64,000 nucleotides of DNA from an uncultured Candidatus Rokubacteria bacterium (GCA_963754315.1 CAVWFS010000008.1:96001-160000); one strand, 5' to 3'; positions 10,104 through 20,470 are shown, counted from the first letter of the stretch. Translations and numbers: made by a program. The notes: generated by a model from the sequence alone, not told the origin.

Positions 10104-10985
10104 TCAGGTCTGCAATTCGCCCACGGCTGCGGAGAGGGCCTCCAGCTCGGCGCGCCAGGATGTCGGCGCCGCCACCGGGCGCACGACGAACTTCGAGAAG
10201 CCGACGGCGATGAAGCGCTCGATGAGAGCACGTAATGCCGGCAACCCGACCGGCGTGAGCTCGAGCGCTCGGGGCCGCCGGGCGGCCATCGCGCGCGCGG
10301 TGTCGGGGTCGATGGGGGCGCGGGCGTAGCCGATGCTCATCCCGAAATGCTCACTGCTGATCGAGCGGCCGGCCTTTGCCGCTGCGTCTTCGATCACGGC
10401 GCGGCCGGTGGCCGCTTCCTCGGGCGTGCACAGCGAGGGCAGCCACCCATCCGACAGTCGACCGCAGCGTTCGAGAGCGGCGGGCACTGTCCCGCCCAAC
10501 CACACTTCGAGCGGCTGCTGCACGGGCAGGGGCCAGAGCGTCACGCCACGAAAGCGGCCGGCTACGCCGTCGTGGCTCACCGTCTCACCAGCCCACAGGC
10601 GTCGCAGCAACGGAAGCGCCTCGTCGATGAAGGCGCCGCGGTGCTTGGGCTCGACGCCTATGGCATCACGCTCCGGGGCGTACGTGAGGCCGGGCACCAA
10701 CGTCACCAGCAGACGCCCTTTGCAGAGAACATCCAGGCTCGCGAGCTGCTTGGCGAGCCGCAGCACGTTGCGTCCCGGCAACAGCATGGTGGTACCGAGC
10801 TTCAGGCGCGGATTGCTCGATGCGACCCAGGCAAGCCCTACCATCGGATCGAGCACGGCGCTGGTCAGGACCTCCGAGAGCCACAGGGAGTCAAACCCTA
10901 GCTGATCGAGCCCCGTGACGAGCTCGGCGAGCGTCTCGGGGGTCGACGCCGCCCCTCCCATTCCCACTCCGATACGTATCTTCAT
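10104..10985 (-). CDS. Luciferase-like (LLM) flavin/F420-dependent oxidoreductase
   Basis: GFDSLWLSE, LAKQLASLD, WLGG and DGWLP motifs. Confidence 0.88.
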   Translation of the reverse strand: MKIRIGVGMGGAASTPETLAELVTGLDQLGFDSLWLSEVLTSAVLDPMVGLAWVASSNPRLKLGTTMLLPGRNVLRLAKQLASLDVLCKGRLLVTLVPGLTYAPERDAIGVEPKHRGAFIDEALPLLRRLWAGETVSHDGVAGRFRGVTLWPLPVQQPLEVWLGGTVPAALERCGRLSDGWLPSLCTPEEAATGRAVIEDAAAKAGRSISSEHFGMSIGYARAPIDPDTARAMAARRPRALELTPVGLPALRALIERFIAVGFSKFVVRPVAAPTSWRAELEALSAAVGELQT

Positions 10986-11022
10986 CGTTTCGCCTCATGT
11001 ATGAGCCGTCTGCAACGCGCGC

Positions 11023-12135
11023 TCACGACTGCCCCTCGTCCATCGACGCCAGGAAGGCGCGTCGCGCGGCAGGGTCCGCAATGTGCAGGGCCAACCGCGC
11101 GGCGAGCTGTCCTGTGTCGTTGGCCTCCCGCGCGGCTTGCGCGACCAGCACGCGGGCGATAGGTCCCAGATGGCGGGCCAGCTTCTCCTCGGCCACGCTC
11201 AGCGTCTTGGGCGTGATCGGCCCCGGTGCCCTTCGACCCTCGGGCCCGCCCGCGGCGGTCGCCGAGCCGACCCCCGCCCCTTTGGCCGGGGTGGGAGGCG
11301 TGGCCGGCGGCGGCGCCAGATCGCCGACGTGCGCCAGGAACTTCTGGCGAGCGGCGGCATCACTCAGGTTATTCGCCACGGATGCCAGCAGCTCCCGGGA
11401 GTCGCGCGCCTGGCGCGCAACTTTGCGGACGATCAGATTGGCCATCGGCCCTAGGTGGTCGATCAGCGCGGCCGTGAGGCGTGCCAACAACTCAGGCGAG
11501 AAGACGACTGGTTCCCCTCCCTCGGCGGGCACGTCCGGTCCGGCCACGCCAACGTCAGAGGAAAGGGCCGCACCGGGTCCGGCGACGACCTGGAACTCGT
11601 ACAGCTCGTGCTCGCGAATGTGCTTGTCCCGGTGCAGCCCCGCATACTGAAACAGCTGGGCGTGCTCGTGGGAGATGTGCGAGACGACCTCGTAGAAGGA
11701 CCGCGAGACCAGGATCTGGTTCGGAGCCGCGAAGCCCATCACCCGCTGGGCGACGTTGATCCCATCGCCGATGATGTTGCGGTTGCCGTTCAGATCTCGC
11801 ACGATTCGCGCCGGGCCGAGATTGATGCCGATACGCACCTGGCCCCCGGCGGGCCCGGGGTCCGTGGCCACCGCTTCCCGCAAGTTGGCGGCCGCGAACA
11901 GCGCGTCCTCGGGATCCCCGAAAAAGCAGAGGGCCGCGCCGTCGCCCGTGTCGAGAGCCATGCGGTCCGACTCTCCGACGTGGGTAAGGCTGCGGCCAAT
12001 GATCTCGTTGAGGTATCTCTTCAGCATCCCTTGCTGGGTCACCGCTCGCTCGGAGTAGCCCACCAGATCGACGAAGACCACCGTACAGATGAACGTCCGG
12101 GTCTCGGGACTCTGGGGCGGTGGCTCCGGGGGCAT
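11023..12135 (-). CDS. Class III adenylate/guanylate cyclase domain protein with two C-terminal helical repeats
   Basis: FVDLVGYS, TGDGA, RIGINLGP and GDGINVAQRVM motifs; repeats HLGPMANLIV and HLGPIARVLV. Confidence 0.88.
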   Translation of the reverse strand: MPPEPPPQSPETRTFICTVVFVDLVGYSERAVTQQGMLKRYLNEIIGRSLTHVGESDRMALDTGDGAALCFFGDPEDALFAAANLREAVATDPGPAGGQVRIGINLGPARIVRDLNGNRNIIGDGINVAQRVMGFAAPNQILVSRSFYEVVSHISHEHAQLFQYAGLHRDKHIREHELYEFQVVAGPGAALSSDVGVAGPDVPAEGGEPVVFSPELLARLTAALIDHLGPMANLIVRKVARQARDSRELLASVANNLSDAAARQKFLAHVGDLAPPPATPPTPAKGAGVGSATAAGGPEGRRAPGPITPKTLSVAEEKLARHLGPIARVLVAQAAREANDTGQLAARLALHIADPAARRAFLASMDEGQS

Positions 12136-12145
12136 CCCGACGCCC

Positions 12146-13018
12146 TCAGGACTCGATCATCTTCATGGCCGCTTGCAGGCTGCGCCGCATGCGGTTGAAG
12201 GCTCGTCCCAGCTGGGCGATCTCGTCCTTGCCTGCCTCCGCGAACTCCGGAACGGCGAAGTTGCCGACGCTCACTTGATCGGCCGCCTTCGACATCGCCG
12301 CCACCGGCCGCACGATGATCCGCGTCAGCATGACGTTCAACACGATGAAGGCCAGGACGAAGACAGCGGTGAGCGAGCCGATGAACGTGAGGAACGCACG
12401 GCGGGCGTTCTGGATGGGGAGTGACATGGGAACGGAGACGATCTGGGCGCCCACAACCTCATTCAGTTTCCAGCCGAACCCGTTGGCGCTGCCGTACAGC
12501 TTGACCATGGTGGCCGGGGCCATCTCCGGGGTGGTGTGGCACGTCAGACACGCGGGGTTCTTGATCTGGATCGGCCGGGCGATGTAGAGCGCGCGCCCGG
12601 TTGGCGTGTCCCGCTCGCCGACGAGTTCGGCCGTGTCGGGCTTATCGCGGAAGATCCGAATGATATCGTTCTCCCAGTCGCCCGCCCGGTTCCGGGGGTT
12701 GGTGGGATTGAGGGTCGCTTCCTTGTAGCCGTAGTCGGAGTATTTCTTGCGGAGCGTGTTGATCGTCTCGGTGGCCGCATAGGCGGGAACGCTCTGAGGG
12801 AGGAAAACCCGCATCAGCTGCAGCTCGAGGTGCGGCCGCACCTGCTCGATCGTGTAGCTCCGGATGGCCAGGGCCGTCTCCATCATGAGCCCGGCATTGC
12901 GGCTGACCTCCTCGCGCGCATTGCGCTCGAGGAGGGTGTATGACAGGTAACCCGACGCCAGCAGCCCCAGGCCGAACACGGCCAGGAGCACGAGATTGAA
13001 CTTCAGTCGCAGACCCAT
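12146..13018 (-). CDS. Membrane sensor with DUF3365/Tll0287-like heme-c domain and HAMP domain, no output domain
   Basis: Two TM helices, NPTNPRNRA, CLTCH heme motif, C-terminal HAMP (DEIAQLGRAFNRM). Confidence 0.88.
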   Translation of the reverse strand: MGLRLKFNLVLLAVFGLGLLASGYLSYTLLERNAREEVSRNAGLMMETALAIRSYTIEQVRPHLELQLMRVFLPQSVPAYAATETINTLRKKYSDYGYKEATLNPTNPRNRAGDWENDIIRIFRDKPDTAELVGERDTPTGRALYIARPIQIKNPACLTCHTTPEMAPATMVKLYGSANGFGWKLNEVVGAQIVSVPMSLPIQNARRAFLTFIGSLTAVFVLAFIVLNVMLTRIIVRPVAAMSKAADQVSVGNFAVPEFAEAGKDEIAQLGRAFNRMRRSLQAAMKMIES

Positions 13019-13043
13019 CAGGGCCCTCCTCTCGTGTTCCGCC

Positions 13044-13562
13044 TCAGCGAGCCCGACAGTCGGCTAGCCCCGCGTGCGCGCGGGTGAACCCGATCAGGCT
13101 GAAGGTGGCCGAGTGGGTGCCCGTCTTCGGCCACGTGGGCCAGAAGCGGAGTTGCACCCGGACACGCCGCCCCCGCTTAAACTCATCGACCAGCGTCTGG
13201 TACTGCGCTGCGAACAAGGCCGTGCGCTGATCGACTACCTCTTCGGCCGGGGCAAACCGGCCCTCGTCGACCACGAGGCCGATGTCGCGATCGCTCCCGT
13301 CTAGTGTAGACGCTGAGGTCACCCGTACGGCCTTGTCGTCGACTGTGATCTGCGCCCAGGTCGTCTGATAGCCATCGAACACGGGCTGCTGCTCGGACTC
13401 CAGAACGCATCGGCTGGTCCCGCCTGTGGCAGGCGGGGTCGGCCGCACGGTCCAGTCGGCGCCCGCCTCCGGAGGCACGGGCACACCCAGGGCCAGCAGG
13501 GTGACCAGGGGTCCCCACCGACCGACACGAGCCAACGGGCGCAGCGTGCTCAGCGCGAGCAT
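13044..13562 (-). CDS. Exported hypothetical protein
   Basis: Signal-like N-terminus; RFWPTWP...FSLIGFTRA C-terminus; two Cys. Confidence 0.65.
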   Translation of the reverse strand: MLALSTLRPLARVGRWGPLVTLLALGVPVPPEAGADWTVRPTPPATGGTSRCVLESEQQPVFDGYQTTWAQITVDDKAVRVTSASTLDGSDRDIGLVVDEGRFAPAEEVVDQRTALFAAQYQTLVDEFKRGRRVRVQLRFWPTWPKTGTHSATFSLIGFTRAHAGLADCRAR

Positions 13563-13788
13563 ACGAGTATCCGGTGTGGTGACGGGCCTCGCACCGAACC
13601 CGATTCTGGCCGCAGTCGCCCGTCACGTCAACGAGGCTCGACAGAGGCCACGGACCGACCGGACCGCGCGGAGGCATGGCTGGTGGACCGCCCGGCATTG
13701 TCAGGCCGCACGGCAGCGTATACTCTCGCGTCTGCCGCCTCGATCTAGCCAATCGACGAGCGCGTCCGAGCGGGCAAGGAGGCCACGT

Positions 13789-14661
13789 CTGGACATCGTT
13801 CTACAGTTGATGCTCAACGGCCTCGCCGTGGGCTGCATCTACGGCCTGGTGGCCCTCGGCTTCGTCCTCATCTACAAGGCGACCGAGCTGGTCAATTTTG
13901 CCCAGGGTGATCTGCTGATGCTCGGGGCCTTCACGTGCTACATGTTCGTCGTCTGGTACGGCCTCGGCTACTGGGTGGCGCTCGCCCTCGCCATCGCCAC
14001 CGTGGCGCTTTTCGGTGCGTTGCTCGATGCGGTCGTCCTGCGTCGGGTCATCGGCCAGCCCCAGTTCGCGGTGGTGATGCTGACCATCGGCCTCGGCGCC
14101 ATCTTCCGGAGCTTCGCCTCGATCACGTGGGGATCGGAGATCTACACCTTACCCACCCCGTTCAGCGCTCAGGCGACCCGAGTGGCGGGGGTAACGGTGA
14201 GCCACGAGTACGTCTCCATCATCGTGGGCACCCTGGTGCTGTGCGGCGTGCTCTACGCGTTCTTCACCTACTCCACCGTCGGGGTGGCCATGCAGGCCAC
14301 CTCTCAAAACCAACTGGCCGCCTACTGCATGGGCATCCCCGTCAAGCTCATGTTCTCGCTGATCTGGGCGATCTCGGCCGGTGTGGCTGCCATCGCCGGC
14401 GTGTTGCTGGCCCCGGTCTCGCTCGTGGACATCAACCTTGGGTTCATCGGGCTCAAGGCGTTCGCCGCCGCCGTGCTGGGCGGCTTCGGGTCCATTCCCG
14501 GCGCCCTGGTGGGGGGTGTCACCATCGGACTCATCGAGCTGTTCTCGGGCGCCTATCTCCCCCATGGCGTGAAGGACGTTGCCGCCTACGTGGTGCTGCT
14601 CCTCGTCCTTGCGGTTCGGCCCCAGGGCATGTTCGGAACCGTGGGCAGAAAAAAGGTCTGA
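13789..14661 (+). CDS. Branched-chain-type ABC transporter permease (LivH-like)
   Basis: YGLVALGFVLIYKATELVNFAQG and AAVLGGFGS motifs. Start inferred at CTG 13789 after AAGGAGG (alternative ATG 13810). Confidence 0.9.
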   Translation: MDIVLQLMLNGLAVGCIYGLVALGFVLIYKATELVNFAQGDLLMLGAFTCYMFVVWYGLGYWVALALAIATVALFGALLDAVVLRRVIGQPQFAVVMLTIGLGAIFRSFASITWGSEIYTLPTPFSAQATRVAGVTVSHEYVSIIVGTLVLCGVLYAFFTYSTVGVAMQATSQNQLAAYCMGIPVKLMFSLIWAISAGVAAIAGVLLAPVSLVDINLGFIGLKAFAAAVLGGFGSIPGALVGGVTIGLIELFSGAYLPHGVKDVAAYVVLLLVLAVRPQGMFGTVGRKKV

Positions 14662-14667
14662 GACACA

Positions 14668-15789
14668 ATGCGCTTCGTCTTCAAGACCTCATACCATCAG
14701 GATCTCGGCCTCTTCCGCGACGGCGTCCAGCGCAACTGCTACGCTGTGCTCCTGGTCGGCCTCCTCGTCCTACCGCGTCTGGTGCCCGAGTATCTGGTCG
14801 ATATCAGCCTCGTCTTCATCTACGGCCTCTGCGGCCTCTCCCTCATGGTGCTCGCCGGCTACACGGGCCTGGTGAGTCTCGGTCATGCGGCCTTCCTCGG
14901 CATCGGCTCCTATGCTCACGTGTACTTCACCCAGGAGGTGGGCTTGCCGTGGCTGGTCGCCCTGGCCCTGGCCACCGCGTTGACGGCGGCGGTAGGCGTC
15001 CTGGTAGGGTTGCCCGCGTTACGCATGACCGGTCTCTATCTCACCATCGCCACCCTGGCCTTCGCGGTCATCATCCAGGAGATCTTCACCCGGTGGGACG
15101 CCGTCACCGGCGGCTTGAAGGGCAAGGCCGTGAACAAGCCCGTCATCTTCGGCGTATCCTTCGCGGGTGACGTCGCCTTCTACTTCCTGTGCCTGGCCTT
15201 TCTCGTCGGGGGTCTGTGGCTCACCGCGAATCTCCTGCGCGCGCCTACGGGGCGCGCCTGGGTGGCCATCCGGGACAGCGAAATCGCTGCCCAGTCGATG
15301 GGTGTCAGTCTCCCCGTGTACAAGACCATGGCCTTCGCGTACTCGGCCGCTCTCATGGGCGCCGCCGGGGCCCTCTTCGCCCACAAGATCGGGTTTCTCG
15401 CCCCCGATATCTTCAGCGTCTTGCTCTCGATCCAGTTCCTGCTGATGGTGGTCGTGGGTGGTCTCGGCAGCCTGCACGGTGCCGTCTTCGGCGCCATCTT
15501 CGTGGCCCTGCTGCCGGTGGCGATCTCGCAAGCGCGCGACGTCCTGCCGGCCCTGGTGAGTCAGGTGGCCGGCTCTACCGCGGCACTCCTCGTCGACCGC
15601 TTCGTCAAGCAGCCGGGGCTGGAGCCAGGCATCTTCGGCCTGATCCTTGTCCTCTTCATCCTCTTCGAACCCCTCGGCATCTACGGGCGCTGGACCAAGA
15701 TCAAGCTCTACTTCTCGTTGTTCCCCCTCTACAAGCAGGCCACCTTCAAGCGGCAGAAGACCTATATGCGCTCGGAGCGCCTGCGGTGA
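14668..15789 (+). CDS. Branched-chain-type ABC transporter permease (LivM-like)
   Basis: GYTGLVSLGHAAF, YLTIATLAF and AIRDSEIAAQSMG motifs. Confidence 0.92.
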   Translation: MRFVFKTSYHQDLGLFRDGVQRNCYAVLLVGLLVLPRLVPEYLVDISLVFIYGLCGLSLMVLAGYTGLVSLGHAAFLGIGSYAHVYFTQEVGLPWLVALALATALTAAVGVLVGLPALRMTGLYLTIATLAFAVIIQEIFTRWDAVTGGLKGKAVNKPVIFGVSFAGDVAFYFLCLAFLVGGLWLTANLLRAPTGRAWVAIRDSEIAAQSMGVSLPVYKTMAFAYSAALMGAAGALFAHKIGFLAPDIFSVLLSIQFLLMVVVGGLGSLHGAVFGAIFVALLPVAISQARDVLPALVSQVAGSTAALLVDRFVKQPGLEPGIFGLILVLFILFEPLGIYGRWTKIKLYFSLFPLYKQATFKRQKTYMRSERLR

Positions 15790-16544
15790 CCCTCTTCGCG
15801 GCCGAGAACGTGGCGATCAACTTCGGCGGCATCCGGGCCGTGGACGGCGTGAGCTTTGAGGTGGAGGCTGGTCAGGTGTTCACGATCATCGGACCTAACG
15901 GCGCCGGCAAGACGACCATCTTCAATCTGGTGAGCCGGATCTACGATCCGAGTCAGGGGCGCCTGCTCTTCGAAGGAAGGGACATCACCGGGATTGCCCC
16001 GCACCAGATCGCCCGGCGCGGCATCGCCCGCACCTTTCAGAATATCGAGCTGTTCGAGCACGCCACCGTGCTCCAAAATCTGCTCCTTGGTCGCCACACC
16101 CACAAGAAGTCACGCTTCGTCGGGGAGCTCTTGTTCTTGCCTCGCGTGCGCGCACTAGAGGTCGAGCATCGGGAGGCGGCGGAGAAGGTCATCGATTTTC
16201 TCGACCTGATGCCGTACCGCGACAGCTTCGTCGTCAACCTGCCCTACGGCGTCCGCAAGGTGGTCGAGCTGGGGCGGGCCTTGTGCACGCAGCCCAAACT
16301 CCTCCTCCTCGACGAGCCCTCCTCGGGGCTGAGCGTCGAGGAGACGGAAGGCATGGCCTTCTGGATCGAGGACATCCGGACCTTGCTTGGCATCACCGTG
16401 CTCATGGTCGAGCACGACATGAGCCTGGTGAGCGCGGTCTCCGATCGCGTGCTCGCGCTGAACTACGGCCGGGCCATCGCGCAGGGAACTGCCCGCGAGG
16501 TCCAGGACCACCCCGAGGTCGTCAAGGCGTATCTGGGAGGCTGA
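15786..16544 (+). CDS. ABC transporter ATP-binding protein (LivG-like)
   Basis: GPNGAGKTT, LLLLDEP and KAYLG motifs; GTG start overlaps the previous stop. Confidence 0.92.
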   Translation: MTLFAAENVAINFGGIRAVDGVSFEVEAGQVFTIIGPNGAGKTTIFNLVSRIYDPSQGRLLFEGRDITGIAPHQIARRGIARTFQNIELFEHATVLQNLLLGRHTHKKSRFVGELLFLPRVRALEVEHREAAEKVIDFLDLMPYRDSFVVNLPYGVRKVVELGRALCTQPKLLLLDEPSSGLSVEETEGMAFWIEDIRTLLGITVLMVEHDMSLVSAVSDRVLALNYGRAIAQGTAREVQDHPEVVKAYLGG

Positions 16545-16548
16545 GCGG

Positions 16549-17322
16549 GTGGCCGACGCGCTTCTCGAGGTCAGCAATATCGAAACATACTACGGTCCCA
16601 TCATGGCCATTCGGGGCGTGAGCTTCAGGGTGGAGCGCGGCGCCATCGTGACCATTCTCGGGGCCAATGGCGCTGGCAAGACGACGATCCTCAAGACGGT
16701 GGCGGGGGTGATGGATCCCCAGAAGGGCACCGTGCGTTTTGAAGGGCGGGAGATCCAGGGCAGGGACCCCGACCGGGTGATGCGCCTTGGGATCAGCCTG
16801 GTGCCAGAAGGCCGGGAGGTGTTCCCCTTCCTCACTGTCCGGGAAAACTTGCGAATGGGAGCCTACACGCGGCGCGACGCCGACGGGATTGCGCGCGACC
16901 TGGCCATGGTCTATGACTATTTCCCGATCTTGCGGGCTCGAGCCGATCAACGGGCGGGCGCTCTTTCTGGCGGGGAGCAGCAGATGCTCGCCATCAGTCG
17001 TGGCCTGATGGCGCGCCCGAAGATGATGCTGCTGGACGAGCCCTCGCTGGGGCTGGCGCCCAAGCTCGTCAAGGACATCTTCGAGATCATCGTCCGGATC
17101 AACCGGGAACAGGGTGTCAGCGTGCTCCTGGTCGAGCAGAACGCGCATATCGCGCTGCACACGGCGGACCACGGCTACGTGCTGGAGGTGGGGCGCATCG
17201 TGCTGGAAGACACCTGCGCACGGCTCTTGGAGAAAGAAGACATCAAGGAATTCTACCTGGGTGTGAAGGGGGCGAGCGTGCGGGGTACCCGACGCTGGAA
17301 GAGGAAGAAGACATGGCGGTGA
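16549..17322 (+). CDS. ABC transporter ATP-binding protein (LivF-like)
   Basis: GANGAGKTT, LSGGEQQM and LDEPSLGLAP motifs. Confidence 0.93.
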   Translation: MADALLEVSNIETYYGPIMAIRGVSFRVERGAIVTILGANGAGKTTILKTVAGVMDPQKGTVRFEGREIQGRDPDRVMRLGISLVPEGREVFPFLTVRENLRMGAYTRRDADGIARDLAMVYDYFPILRARADQRAGALSGGEQQMLAISRGLMARPKMMLLDEPSLGLAPKLVKDIFEIIVRINREQGVSVLLVEQNAHIALHTADHGYVLEVGRIVLEDTCARLLEKEDIKEFYLGVKGASVRGTRRWKRKKTWR

Positions 17323-19181
17323 GCGTGACCGTGCCTACCCCCGCCCGAGCCGCCGAGGACCGAGCGTTCACCGTGCACGGACAGGACACCTTGCCTCGAC
17401 TGTTCCGCCACGTGGTCGGCCTGCGTGGGGATGCGCCCGCCCTCCGCGAGAAGCATCTCGGCATCTGGCGGTCCATCAGCTGGCGGGTGTACGGCGAGAA
17501 CGCCAAGCAGGTCGGGCTGGGTCTGGTCGCTCTCGGCTTGCGACCTCGAGACGTGGTGTCGGTCATTGCCGACAACTGTCCCGAGTGGCTGTACGTCGAC
17601 CTCGGTACCATGTCGGTGGGCGGGGTCACCAACGGGATCTACACGACCGATTCGCCCGCCCAGGTCGAGTACATCGTCAACGATAGCGGGACCCGCTTCT
17701 TCTTCGTCGAGAACGAGGAGCAGCTCGACAAGATCCTCGCCGTGCGGGAGCGCTGCGCCGAGCTCGTCAAGATCGTGGTCTTCGACATGGAGGGGTTGCA
17801 CGGCTTCCACGATGCGCAGGTGATGTCCTTCGAGGCCCTCCGGGAGCTGGGCGCCCGTTACGACCGCGATCACCCGGGCGCCTACGACACGATGGTGGAG
17901 ATCGCTCAGCCTCACGACCTGGCCATCCTCGTCTACACGTCCGGCACCACCGGGCCCCCCAAAGGGGCCATGCTGAGCCACCGCAACATCTTGTTCCAGC
18001 TCGGCTATTCCGAGTTCCTCACCGTGCCGCGGACGGGCGACCAGCAGCTCTCCTTCCTGCCCTTGAGCCACGTCGCGGAGCGGACCTTCACCGTGTTTTA
18101 CCCGCTCAGCTCTGGGGCCACCGTGAATTTTGCGGAGAGTATCGATACGGTACCCGACAACATCCGGGAGGTGGCCCCCGCCGTGTTCTTCGCGGTGCCG
18201 CGCATCTGGGAGAAGTTCTACTCGGCGGTGGCCCTCCGCATGCGCGAGGCGACCCTGCCCGGCAAGCTCGCCTACGATTGGGCCATCGGGGTAGGCACGC
18301 GGGTGGCAGAGCGTCGGATCGACCGCCGTTCGCCCTCCCTCACCCTGCGCATGCTGTACCGGATAGCCGACTTTCTCGTGCTCGACAACGTCCGCCGCTC
18401 CATGGGGCTACACCGCACGCGCGGCGCAGCCACGGGGGCCGCCCCCATCGCTCCCGAGCTCATCAAGTGGTTCCGGGCGGTGGGTGTCGACATGCGGGAG
18501 GTCTACGGGCAGACCGAGAATTCTGGTCTCGCGACCGCCATGCCCGCCCAGCGCATCAAGCTCGGCACGGTGGGAGTGGCGCGCCCGGATACCGAGGTGC
18601 GCATTTCCCCGGAGGGCGAAATATTGTTGAGGGGGCCGCACGTGTTCCTGGGGTACTACCGGAATCCCGAGAAGACGGCGGAAACGGTGGTCGACGGCTG
18701 GCTGCACACAGGCGACGTCGGCCTCCTCGACGAGGACGGATTTCTGACCATCACCGATCGGATGAAGGACATCATCATCACGGCCGGCGGAAAGAACGTC
18801 ACGCCGTCCGCCATCGAAAACCAGCTCAAGTTTTCGCCATTCATCTCGGACGCGGTGGTCATCGGTGACCGGCGCAAATATCTCTCCTGTCTCGTCATGA
18901 TCGACCACGAGACGGTAGCGCAGTTCGCCCAGGAGCGGAGCGTGCCCTTCACGAACTTCGCTTCCCTCTGCCGGGCCAAAGAGGTGCAGGATCTGATCTG
19001 GGCCGAGATCGAGCAGGTGAACCGCCAGCTGGCCCGAGTCGAAACCATCAAGCGGTTCTGTCTCATCGAGCAGATCCTGACTCCCGAGGACGAGGAGCTC
19101 ACGCCCACCATGAAGCTCAAGCGGAGCTTCGTGAACCGGAAGTACAAGGACGTCATCGAGGGCATGTACCGAGAGGGATAG
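17319..19181 (+). CDS. Long-chain fatty acid-CoA ligase (AMP-binding)
   Basis: YTSGTTGPPKG, YGQTE, GWLHTGD and DRMKDIIITAGGKN motifs; start 17313 or 17319. Confidence 0.92.
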   Translation: MSVTVPTPARAAEDRAFTVHGQDTLPRLFRHVVGLRGDAPALREKHLGIWRSISWRVYGENAKQVGLGLVALGLRPRDVVSVIADNCPEWLYVDLGTMSVGGVTNGIYTTDSPAQVEYIVNDSGTRFFFVENEEQLDKILAVRERCAELVKIVVFDMEGLHGFHDAQVMSFEALRELGARYDRDHPGAYDTMVEIAQPHDLAILVYTSGTTGPPKGAMLSHRNILFQLGYSEFLTVPRTGDQQLSFLPLSHVAERTFTVFYPLSSGATVNFAESIDTVPDNIREVAPAVFFAVPRIWEKFYSAVALRMREATLPGKLAYDWAIGVGTRVAERRIDRRSPSLTLRMLYRIADFLVLDNVRRSMGLHRTRGAATGAAPIAPELIKWFRAVGVDMREVYGQTENSGLATAMPAQRIKLGTVGVARPDTEVRISPEGEILLRGPHVFLGYYRNPEKTAETVVDGWLHTGDVGLLDEDGFLTITDRMKDIIITAGGKNVTPSAIENQLKFSPFISDAVVIGDRRKYLSCLVMIDHETVAQFAQERSVPFTNFASLCRAKEVQDLIWAEIEQVNRQLARVETIKRFCLIEQILTPEDEELTPTMKLKRSFVNRKYKDVIEGMYREG

Positions 19182-19225
19182 CCGTCGCCCGCTTCGGGCG
19201 GCGCATCACGAAAGGAGCCGATCCA

Positions 19226-20404
19226 ATGCAGAAGAAACTGATGACCCTAGGTGTTCTGGCCGCCACGCTCGCGCTGGCGGGCGGGGCGCTGGCCCAGAAG
19301 GAGACACGCGGCGTCACCAAGACCGAGGTCGTCCTCGGTATGCACACGGATCTGTCGGGGCCGGCGGCTACCTACGGCGTGTCGTCCTCCAACGCCGTGA
19401 AGATGCGGTTCGACGAGGTGAACGAGAAGGGGGGCATCCACGGCCGCAAGATCAAGCTCATCGTCGAGGATACGCAGTACCAGGTGCCGCGCGCCGTGCA
19501 GGCGGGAACCAAGCTGATCAACCGCGACCGCATCTTCGCGATGGTGGCCGCCCTCGGGACTCCCATGAACAATGCCCTCTTCAAGGACCAGTTCGAGGCG
19601 GGAGTGCCGAACTTGTTCCCCCTCTCCGCCGCGCGCTCGATGTACGAGCCGTTCAACCGGCTCAAGTTTTACGGCGCTGCCTCCTACGTGGACCAGATGC
19701 GGGCCGGCATCAACTACTTCGTCACCAAGAAGGGCAAGAAGGCCCTCTGCGCCATGTACCAGGACACCGACTTCGGCAAGGAGGTGCTGGACGGCGTCCA
19801 GACCCAGGCCGAGACGCTGAAGATCAAGGTGGTGGAGACGGTCACCCACAAGCCGACCGACCAGGACTTCACCGCCCAGATCACCAAGCTCAAGGGAGCC
19901 GGCTGCGATCTGGTTGCCCTCGGTACCATCGTGCGCGATTCCATCGTGCCCTACGCGACGGCGCGCAAGATCGGGTGGACCGACGTCGACTTCCTCGGCT
20001 CGGCGGCGACCTACGATCTCTTTGTGGCGGCCGCCCAGGGCGGGGTGACGGAAGGGCTCTACGCCATGGGACTGACCGACATGCCGTACCGTGACACTCT
20101 GAGCCCCGGCGCGCAGGGCTGGTTCGATCGCTACAAGGATCGCTTCAAGGCTGAGCCGAACATTGGGGCTGTGTATGGCCACGTGGCGGCCGACCTCACG
20201 GTGGTGGGACTCGACAAGGCCGGGGCCGACCTCACGCTGGACAGCTTCATCAAGGGTTTGGAGTCGATCCGGGGCTACCGTGACATCTTCAACGGTCCCG
20301 AGGTGAACTTTGGGCCTGACAAGCACCAGGGCGCGAACTCCTCGTTCCTGGCGGTCGTGAAGGGCGGGCGCTGGGTTCGCGTGACCGACCCGCTCGGGTT
20401 CTGA
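19226..20404 (+). CDS. ABC transporter substrate-binding protein (Leu/Ile/Val-binding fold)
   Basis: Signal peptide; DLSGPAATYG and GGIHGRKIKLIVED motifs. Confidence 0.92.
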   Translation: MQKKLMTLGVLAATLALAGGALAQKETRGVTKTEVVLGMHTDLSGPAATYGVSSSNAVKMRFDEVNEKGGIHGRKIKLIVEDTQYQVPRAVQAGTKLINRDRIFAMVAALGTPMNNALFKDQFEAGVPNLFPLSAARSMYEPFNRLKFYGAASYVDQMRAGINYFVTKKGKKALCAMYQDTDFGKEVLDGVQTQAETLKIKVVETVTHKPTDQDFTAQITKLKGAGCDLVALGTIVRDSIVPYATARKIGWTDVDFLGSAATYDLFVAAAQGGVTEGLYAMGLTDMPYRDTLSPGAQGWFDRYKDRFKAEPNIGAVYGHVAADLTVVGLDKAGADLTLDSFIKGLESIRGYRDIFNGPEVNFGPDKHQGANSSFLAVVKGGRWVRVTDPLGF

Positions 20405-20470
20405 GGTCTGACGCTCGGGCTCCCTTGCGTGCCGCCCGGCGCTTCCCATACCATGGCAGAGGCCCCAGAT

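Noticed and set aside
11023..13018. Pycsar/CBASS-type defence system
   Set aside because: The partner gene is a heme-c/HAMP sensor, not a cyclic-nucleotide-binding effector, and there is no defence context.
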